Below are positions 57,191 to 64,000 of a stretch of 64,000 nucleotides of DNA, piece after piece. The notes beneath the pieces were generated by a model. That model worked only from the letters and a program-made list of their open reading frames with translations. It was not told the origin of the DNA and made no database searches. The DNA is from Bacilli bacterium. GTDB taxonomy: Bacteria > Bacillota_I > Bacilli_A > RFN20 > CAG-826. Position 1 is the first letter of the stretch; each line of letters starts with the position of its first letter. The DNA lies in assembly GCA_045597865.1 (NCBI GenBank), contig JAZLKX010000040.1, positions 1-64,000 on the forward strand, given 5' to 3'. The position numbers were made by a program, and so were the translations under genes.

Positions 57191-58753
57191 ATGAAAGAAC
57201 CACTCATTCTTACCATAGATTTTGGTACGCAATCAGTCCGTGTTGGACTTATTAATAAAAAAGGCGACATAGTCGCCATGGAAAGAGTTAAGTATGAACC
57301 AGCATACCACTCACCGGTTGTTGGATACGCTGAACAAGATCCAGATTATTACTTCAATTCTCTTTGTACTTGTACTAAGAAAATTGCAAAAAATAATTCT
57401 GAATTAATGAGCGATGTTCTTGGAATCTCAATGTGTTTCTTTAGAGACTCTGTTGTTTGTTGTGATGAAAACCTAAAACCTTTACGTCCTGCAATTCTTT
57501 GGTTAGACGAAAGAAGAGCAGAAGGAAAGGAAAAACTCCCTGCCCTTTCAAGAGCTATTTTTAAGCTCGTAGGAATGGGCCCAACTATTGAGCTCAATCG
57601 TAAGAGATCAATGGGAGTTTGGCTTAAGGAAAATCAACCAGATATTTGGAAAAATACGGCGAAATTCATGATGATTTCCACATATATTACCTCGAAACTC
57701 GTTGGAGATTATGTCGATTGTGCATCATGTCAAGCAGGCCATTTACCTATCGATTTTAAGAGAGGACACTGGTACAAAAAAGACACTCATTTGAAAGGCC
57801 AAGTTTTCGGTGTTCCAAACAAAAAACTTTGTCGTTTAACCCAAGCTGGTGAAGTAATGGGAACTATCTCAAAAGAAGCTGCAGAAGCAACTGGATTACC
57901 TGCAGGTATGAAAATGTTTTCTGGTGGCTCTGATAAATCAGCTGAAACACTTGGACTTGGTGTTGTTAATGATAAGATGGCTGCAGTTTCATATGGAACA
58001 GCATGTACAGTTGAAGTTCCAGTAAAAAAATATAGTGATGCTGAACCATTCCTCCCATCCTATCCTGACATCGTCAGCGGTTACGATATGGACGTTCAAG
58101 TCTATCGTGGTTATTGGATGTTAAATTGGTTTATTAAACAATTTGGTTGTGAAGGTCCAACAGTTGAGCAAATTGTTGTCGACAGAAACATGATTCAATC
58201 ATTTAATGATGAAATGGCCAAGATTGCTCCAGGATCTGACGGATTAGTCCTTCAACCATACTGGGGACCAGGCTTAAGAAGACCACTCGCCAAAGGCGCA
58301 ATCATTGGATTTAGTGATGTTCACTCAAAAATTCATATGTATCGTGCAATTATTGAAGGCATTGGTTATTGTTTAAAAGAAGGTCTTGATTTATTTGAAT
58401 CAAAACGTCTCCACCACAGAGTTGAAAAAATTAGAATTTCTGGAGGAGGATCACAAAGCGATGTTATTTGCCAAATTACTGCAGATATTTTTAATAGACC
58501 AGTCTCTAGAATTCAATCATTTGAATGTTCATCCTTAGGATGTGCTATGGCTGGATTCATTGCAGCAGGTGAATTTAAAACAAAAGAAGAAGCTGCTGAA
58601 GCAATGGTTCATGAAAGCGTAGAATTTAAACCAAATCCAGAGAACGTTGAAAAGTATAGATACTTGTATGAGCATGCATACATGAAAATGTATCCAAACT
58701 TAAAAGGTATTTATAAAGACATCAAAGAATTTGATGATAAATATTTAAAATAA
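57191..58753 (+). CDS. FGGY family carbohydrate kinase
   Basis: IDFGTQSVR, AEQDP, ILWLDER, YRAIIEGI, ISGGGSQSD. Confidence 0.93.
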   Translation: MKEPLILTIDFGTQSVRVGLINKKGDIVAMERVKYEPAYHSPVVGYAEQDPDYYFNSLCTCTKKIAKNNSELMSDVLGISMCFFRDSVVCCDENLKPLRPAILWLDERRAEGKEKLPALSRAIFKLVGMGPTIELNRKRSMGVWLKENQPDIWKNTAKFMMISTYITSKLVGDYVDCASCQAGHLPIDFKRGHWYKKDTHLKGQVFGVPNKKLCRLTQAGEVMGTISKEAAEATGLPAGMKMFSGGSDKSAETLGLGVVNDKMAAVSYGTACTVEVPVKKYSDAEPFLPSYPDIVSGYDMDVQVYRGYWMLNWFIKQFGCEGPTVEQIVVDRNMIQSFNDEMAKIAPGSDGLVLQPYWGPGLRRPLAKGAIIGFSDVHSKIHMYRAIIEGIGYCLKEGLDLFESKRLHHRVEKIRISGGGSQSDVICQITADIFNRPVSRIQSFECSSLGCAMAGFIAAGEFKTKEEAAEAMVHESVEFKPNPENVEKYRYLYEHAYMKMYPNLKGIYKDIKEFDDKYLK

Positions 58754-59311
58754 AACAGGCTTGCGAATAAGCTGCATTACATTTTCTAAAGAAGGCACCT
58801 TAATAACAGGGTGCTTTTCTTGTAAAAATGAAAGATAAATTCCTTTGAAAACAAAGAACAAAGTATTAACAACATCAGCAGGTTCTCCTGCGATAATTTT
58901 GTTAGAATTTTGTCCTTCTTTTACGAGTTTTGTGAGCAACGAAAACAATGAATTTTTATCATCGTTTTTAATGATTATATTTAGGTAACAAACATTCTCA
59001 AATTTTGCTTCTGAAACGTCTAATAAAACTGAAATAATTTCTTCAATTTTTTCGTAACTTGAGCCTTCATTTATTGTGAAGAGTCTATTGTATAATTCAA
59101 CATAAGTTGAACTTGTGAGCAATTTTTGGTAGATTTCATCGGAATTTTTGAAGTAGTGGTAAACAATTCCGTGAGAGCATTTTGCCTTGTTAGAAATCGC
59201 ATCGATTGAGACCTTTTTTCCATTTAACGAAAACAGAGGAAGAGCAGCCTCTAAAATTGAGGTTAATCTCTCGTCTTTCATTTCAGAAAATTGTTCTCTA
59301 GTTCTCGGCAT
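58745..59311 (-). CDS. TetR/AcrR family regulator
   Basis: MPRTREQF, ILEAALPLFS, SIDAISNKAKCSHGIVYHYFKN. Confidence 0.88.
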   Translation of the reverse strand: MPRTREQFSEMKDERLTSILEAALPLFSLNGKKVSIDAISNKAKCSHGIVYHYFKNSDEIYQKLLTSSTYVELYNRLFTINEGSSYEKIEEIISVLLDVSEAKFENVCYLNIIIKNDDKNSLFSLLTKLVKEGQNSNKIIAGEPADVVNTLFFVFKGIYLSFLQEKHPVIKVPSLENVMQLIRKPVLF

Positions 59312-60215
59312 CTTCTTCAAATCCTGGATGATTTCTAACGTATTTAACAAACATGTATCCAGCTACAATTCCAAGAATTAGTAAAACTGGACCACCAATT
59401 TCATCAATTAAATCAAAATGACCACTCTTTGTGATGTAGTCAAACATTTTTGAATTAACAAAAACAGCAATTAATGAACCAATAATCATTCCAATTGAAG
59501 CGTAATATGTTCCAATTTTATGTGTTCTTAAGAAGTGGTTCATAACTGCAGAGAAGAAAATAAAACCTGCTAATGCACCAACAAAGAATGTTCCAAGAAG
59601 CCCAAGTGAGGTTCCAACATTTTGGAATTTGAATAAGCCAAGAATTGGTTCATAAAAACATAAAACGAGGAGTAACATTGAACCAGAAAATCCTGGAACA
59701 ATAAGTCCTGCAGCTGAAACAAAACCAACTGCCAAAATGATCAAATACAAGTAAAAAGGAACTTGTTCAAAAAGATCATTAATTATGGAATTTGTGCCGA
59801 AAATCACCGATAAAACCCCAATAAGTGCGGTTAAAACAAAGAACACAATAAACGAAATAATGTATCGTTTTCTACGTGGTTCGCCTTTGACTTTATCGGT
59901 AACACTCGGAAGAGATCCAATGATTAAACCAGCGAATAAACAGACAATAGCAAACGCTGCATATTCCATGGCAAGATTGAGTGGATAAACAAGTGCAGCA
60001 ACAGCTAAAAGCGCGCCAATTCCGAATGGTAATAGAATGATGAGATTTCTGAAAAAGTTTTTGGTAAACAACTTGGCAACAGCATTAACAACTTTTTTGT
60101 AAGCCCCAGCAACAAGAAGAATTGTTCCACCTGCGATTCCAGGAATAATTGCGCCCATACCAAAAGCAAGTCCTATGAGACCGTCTTTTATAGGAGTAGG
60201 CATTTTCTTTTTCAT
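59298..60215 (-). CDS. DUF368 family membrane protein
   Basis: GMGAIIPGIAGGT and IVPGFSGSMLLL repeats. Confidence 0.9.
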   Translation of the reverse strand: MKKKMPTPIKDGLIGLAFGMGAIIPGIAGGTILLVAGAYKKVVNAVAKLFTKNFFRNLIILLPFGIGALLAVAALVYPLNLAMEYAAFAIVCLFAGLIIGSLPSVTDKVKGEPRRKRYIISFIVFFVLTALIGVLSVIFGTNSIINDLFEQVPFYLYLIILAVGFVSAAGLIVPGFSGSMLLLVLCFYEPILGLFKFQNVGTSLGLLGTFFVGALAGFIFFSAVMNHFLRTHKIGTYYASIGMIIGSLIAVFVNSKMFDYITKSGHFDLIDEIGGPVLLILGIVAGYMFVKYVRNHPGFEEDAEN

Positions 60216-60223
60216 GTGAAACA
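60208..60223. promoter_or_regulatory. Candidate parS site
   Basis: TTTTTCATGTGAAACA matches TGTTTCACGTGAAACA at 14/16; ~14 kb from oriC. Confidence 0.4.
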
Positions 60224-60266
60224 TTTTAACACATAATAATGGATTGTGATATAATCAAATGCAATT

Positions 60267-60833
60267 ATGAAACTTATTGTTGGTTTAGGTAATCCAGGTA
60301 AAGAATACGCAATGACTCGACACAATTGCGGTTTTCGTGTTGTAGATGCTTTTGCTGATGCAACTGGTGTTGACATTGATAAGGAAGATTTTCATGGTAT
60401 CTATGGAAAATTTAAATTAAACGATGAAGATGTTATTTTATTCAAACCATTAACAATGATGAATTTATCAGGAACTGCAGTTTATGAAATTGTTAAATTC
60501 TTTAAAATTCACAGAGAAGACATTGTTGTCATCTATGATGACATGGCTATTGAACCAGGCGCTCTTAGATTAAGAGCAAGTGGATCAAGTGGCGGCCAAA
60601 AAGGTATGGAAAATATCATTAAATGTTTAGCTACTGAAAACATCAAACGCATTCGTATTGGCATCGGTGAACCAAAATATGATGCTATTAAGCATGTTTT
60701 AGGTGAAGCAACTGGAGATGACAAAGTTAAAATAGACTCTGCTATAGATCGCGCAACAAAAGCTATACGCGAATTTTTGATAAATGATTTTCAAAACGCT
60801 ATGTCTAAATTTAATGGAGGTGGTAATAGTTGA
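60267..60833 (+). CDS. pth: Peptidyl-tRNA hydrolase
   Basis: LIVGLGNPG, TRHNCGF, KPLTMMNLSG, YDD, RIRIGIG. Confidence 0.96.
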   Translation: MKLIVGLGNPGKEYAMTRHNCGFRVVDAFADATGVDIDKEDFHGIYGKFKLNDEDVILFKPLTMMNLSGTAVYEIVKFFKIHREDIVVIYDDMAIEPGALRLRASGSSGGQKGMENIIKCLATENIKRIRIGIGEPKYDAIKHVLGEATGDDKVKIDSAIDRATKAIREFLINDFQNAMSKFNGGGNS

Positions 60834-63800
60834 ATGATGAACTCTTAAAACTTATTTCCAATTCTGAAGCTGCTACCCACCTCATTTCCAAAAGTGGGCA
60901 ATTTGTCGTGGACGATACCATTGGAATTTCCCTGCTTTTCGCGGGTATTTTCAGCAAAAAGCCTGGGAAATACCTACTTTTAACATCAAATCTCTATACT
61001 GCTCAAAAGGTGTCTGATATCATCGCATCACTCATTGGAGAGGATAATGTTTATCTATTCCCAGTTGATGATATGTTGAGAAACGAAAGCCTTTCCTCAT
61101 CAAAAGAATTGCTTGCTCAAAGATTGTACGTTCTAACAAAAGCACTAGAAGACAAACCAAAAATTATTGTCACCCATGCTTCAGCTCTAATTACACCACT
61201 ACCAACTGTTAGTGATTTTTTATCAAACACATTTTTCTTTGAAAAAGATAAAGATTACAACTTAACAGAAGTTAAAAAGAAATTAGTCCAAGCAGGTTAT
61301 GAGCAAGTCAATAAAATTGATCAAACTTTGCAATTTGCATCTCGTGGAGATATTTTAGATATTTATCCTGTGTCACAGGATAATCCTATTAGAATAGAAT
61401 TCTTTGGAGACACAGTTGAATCGATTTCGTATTTTAATATTTCAAGCCAGACATCAATCAAACAAATTGAATCAATTAAATTTGAACCTGCAAATGATGT
61501 TTTATTCACAGATTTAGAAATTGGAGAGTTTAAAGACAATCTTGATAAGCAAATTGTAAAAGATAAGCAAAATTTATCTCCTGATTTAGCAAAATATTTG
61601 GAACAAAACGCTTACAACGATTATGAGAGAATTCAGAATCGTGTTTATCACCCTCATTTGTATAAATTTACCAGGTACATTAAACACTTTACTAATTCAA
61701 TTTGTGACTACTTCAAAGCCGATCTTACTTTCATTTCAAACAAGAATCAATTCGACACTACAATTGACTTCATTACCAAGGAAGCTAAGAGCTATTTTTC
61801 CGAATTAAATGAAGGTGGAAAATTGATGACTCACCTCGAGTTATACAGCGATGTTAAAGATGTTCTAAAATTTGAAAAACACCTGGTTTTCTCGACTAAT
61901 TTCCGCGAAAATCCCGAACAAATTGAGTTTAAGACCAATCCAATTATTTTCTCAAAAGCCAATTCATCTAACCTTCAAATTATCTTAAATCAGTACCTCT
62001 CAACTTCTGAAAAAATCGTACTCGCACTTTCAAATAAACAACAGTATGACACCGTTGTAGAATTCTTAAAATCTGAGAAAGTTCCATACGATGCACTTAA
62101 AGGTTTAGAGATTCCAACTAAGAAAATCGGCGTTTCTATTTTTTCACTTGAAGAAGGGTTTGAATTACCTGACGGAAAAATTGTTTTTGTATCTTCAAAA
62201 GAGCTATTTGGATTCCAAAATAGAGCATCAAGATTTTTGAATAGATTTAAAGAGGCTACAATCTTAAGAAATTACGAAGAATTAAAGCCTGGAGACTTTG
62301 TTGTTCATGAATATTACGGAATTGGTAAGTTCATTGATATTGAAACAATTGAAGTTGACGGCATTCATAGAGATTTTATTAAGGTTCAATATTCCGGAAC
62401 CAGTGTTTTATTTATCCCGCTCACTCAATTTAGATTACTTCGTAAATATTCTGGAAGAGAAGGCGCTGAGCCAAAGCTTTCTAATTTAAATTCTGATGAC
62501 TGGGAAAAAACTAAATCAAAAATTAAGACTAGAATCAATGAATTGGCAGATAGATTATATGCATTATATAGCGAAAGAGCACACGGAAAAGGCTTTGCCT
62601 TTTTGCCAGATGATGAGCTACAAGAATCATTTGAAAAAGAATTCCCATATCAATTGACTTATGATCAAGAACAAGCTGTTCAAGATATTAAGAAAGATAT
62701 GGAGTCAAATGATGTTATGGATCGTTTGCTATGTGGTGATGTTGGCTTCGGTAAAACCGAAGTTGCCTTTAGAGCGGTCTTTAAAGCAATCTCCTCTGGT
62801 AAACAAGTTGCAATTTTGTGCCCAACTACCCTACTTTCAAGACAACATTATGAGCTTGCATGTGAAAGATTTAGAAATTTTGGTGTAAATATAGCAGTTA
62901 TTTCTAGATTGGTCTCTGAAAAACAGCAAAAAGAATATTTTAAGGATATAAAGGAAGGAAAAATTCACTTAGTTATCGGTACTCATCGATTATTAAGTAA
63001 AGATTTTGAATTTAAAGACCTTGGTTTATTGGTTGTTGATGAGGAACAAAGATTTGGAGTCGAGCAAAAAGAAAGAATAAAAGAGATGAAGACAAATATT
63101 GATGTTCTATCTTTATCTGCAACTCCAATTCCAAGAACATTACAGCTATCTTTAATTGGCGTTAGACCAGTTTCACAAATTAACACTCCACCAGAGAATA
63201 GATCATCAATTCAGACCTATGTTACACCATTTAATGAAGGTGTTGTTAGAGAACTAATTGAGCGAGAATTAACGCGAAAAGGCCAGGTTTTTTACATACA
63301 TAACGTAGTTTCTTCAATTCATTTGGTTGCAAATAGAATCAGCAGACAAATCCCTTCTGCGAATGTTGGAGTTGTTCATGGACAGATGTCGAAAGATGAG
63401 ATTGAAGATGTCATGATGAGATTCTATTCTGGTGAAGTTAATGTCTTAGTTGCAACATCTATTATTGAGAACGGAATTGATATTCCAAACGCAAATTTAA
63501 TCATTGTCGAGAACGCTGATCACTTTGGTTTGTCTCAACTTTACCAAATTAAGGGAAGAGTTGGACGTGGAAGTCGAATTGCATACGCTTATTTGTTCTA
63601 TAATGAGCAAAAAACGTTAAATAAAGCAGCCCAAAAGAGATTAAAAGCCATTCAAGACTTTGCTCAATTGGGTTCCGGATACAAAATTGCACAAAGAGAC
63701 CTTATGATTCGTGGTGCAGGCGACATTTTAGGACCTGAACAAGCTGGCTTTATTGACTCTGTTGGTCTTGAATTATACCTCAAACTTTTGAACGAAGTTA

Positions 63801-64000
63801 TAGAGGAGAAAAAGACTGGAAAAGCATACGAACCACCTAAGCCTGTCAAACTCTTTAAAATCGATGCTTACATACCTGATTCTTACATGATAAAAGAGGA
63901 TAAAGTTGAGCTCTATCAAGAACTTGAAAATGCCAAAAATATCCAGGAATTGCAGGGAATTAAGGCTAAAATCCGCGATATTTATGGAAAAATTCCACAT
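60830..64000 (+). CDS. mfd: Transcription-repair coupling factor Mfd (3' end outside window)
   Basis: Not in the ORF track. TTG start after GGAGG; translation includes SRGDILDIYP, VVHEYYGIG, LLCGDVGFGKTEVA, DEEQRFGV, SATPIPRTL, QIKGRVGR. Confidence 0.96.
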   Translation, partial: MNDELLKLISNSEAATHLISKSGQFVVDDTIGISLLFAGIFSKKPGKYLLLTSNLYTAQKVSDIIASLIGEDNVYLFPVDDMLRNESLSSSKELLAQRLYVLTKALEDKPKIIVTHASALITPLPTVSDFLSNTFFFEKDKDYNLTEVKKKLVQAGYEQVNKIDQTLQFASRGDILDIYPVSQDNPIRIEFFGDTVESISYFNISSQTSIKQIESIKFEPANDVLFTDLEIGEFKDNLDKQIVKDKQNLSPDLAKYLEQNAYNDYERIQNRVYHPHLYKFTRYIKHFTNSICDYFKADLTFISNKNQFDTTIDFITKEAKSYFSELNEGGKLMTHLELYSDVKDVLKFEKHLVFSTNFRENPEQIEFKTNPIIFSKANSSNLQIILNQYLSTSEKIVLALSNKQQYDTVVEFLKSEKVPYDALKGLEIPTKKIGVSIFSLEEGFELPDGKIVFVSSKELFGFQNRASRFLNRFKEATILRNYEELKPGDFVVHEYYGIGKFIDIETIEVDGIHRDFIKVQYSGTSVLFIPLTQFRLLRKYSGREGAEPKLSNLNSDDWEKTKSKIKTRINELADRLYALYSERAHGKGFAFLPDDELQESFEKEFPYQLTYDQEQAVQDIKKDMESNDVMDRLLCGDVGFGKTEVAFRAVFKAISSGKQVAILCPTTLLSRQHYELACERFRNFGVNIAVISRLVSEKQQKEYFKDIKEGKIHLVIGTHRLLSKDFEFKDLGLLVVDEEQRFGVEQKERIKEMKTNIDVLSLSATPIPRTLQLSLIGVRPVSQINTPPENRSSIQTYVTPFNEGVVRELIERELTRKGQVFYIHNVVSSIHLVANRISRQIPSANVGVVHGQMSKDEIEDVMMRFYSGEVNVLVATSIIENGIDIPNANLIIVENADHFGLSQLYQIKGRVGRGSRIAYAYLFYNEQKTLNKAAQKRLKAIQDFAQLGSGYKIAQRDLMIRGAGDILGPEQAGFIDSVGLELYLKLLNEVIEEKKTGKAYEPPKPVKLFKIDAYIPDSYMIKEDKVELYQELENAKNIQELQGIKAKIRDIYGKIPH

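Noticed and set aside
61623-64000. Several short ORFs in the track near the right edge
   Set aside because: Alternative-frame fragments within mfd.
1-64000. Mollicute genetic code 4 (TGA=Trp), mobile elements, tRNA/rRNA
   Set aside because: Conserved genes such as dnaX, ybaB and tldD end in TGA at the expected positions and Trp is TGG; I saw no transposase, integrase, phage gene, cloverleaf or rRNA signature.

Overview
An AT-rich chromosomal segment spanning the replication origin of a reduced-genome Bacillota (Firmicutes) bacterium. It uses the standard code (TGA is a stop, TGG is Trp). The minimal SRP RNA and long lipoprotein-type YidC suggest an uncultured Bacilli/Erysipelotrichia-like gut or rumen lineage (inference). 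It holds a bipartite oriC flanking dnaA, with dnaA-dnaN-yaaA-recF-gyrB-gyrA-serS-ffs-tadA running leftward and rpmH-rnpA-yidC-jag-mnmE-tatD-rnmV-rsmA-ispE rightward. Also present: an inverted dnaX-ybaB-recR-tmk-holB-ricT-rsmI block, prfA-prmC-tsaC-rpiB, comFA/comFC, partial secA and mfd, tldD/E, ppdK, psuG and two extracellular endonuclease I lipoproteins. I saw no tRNA, rRNA, CRISPR array, IS or prophage. The best leads are: (1) a low-GC orphan 113-aa ORF whose 3' end is overlapped by a convergent ~90-nt two-hairpin RNA with its own promoter and terminator (candidate RNA-antitoxin/soluble-toxin module); (2) a single-chain arginine decarboxylase-agmatine deiminase fusion next to aguB; (3) dispersed, helically phased GC-core/A-tract arrays, often built from rare synonymous codons inside genes and resembling Noc-binding sites; (4) an unannotated 45-aa gene whose promoter is covered by two tandem palindromes. 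All calls are by eye; no database search was run.
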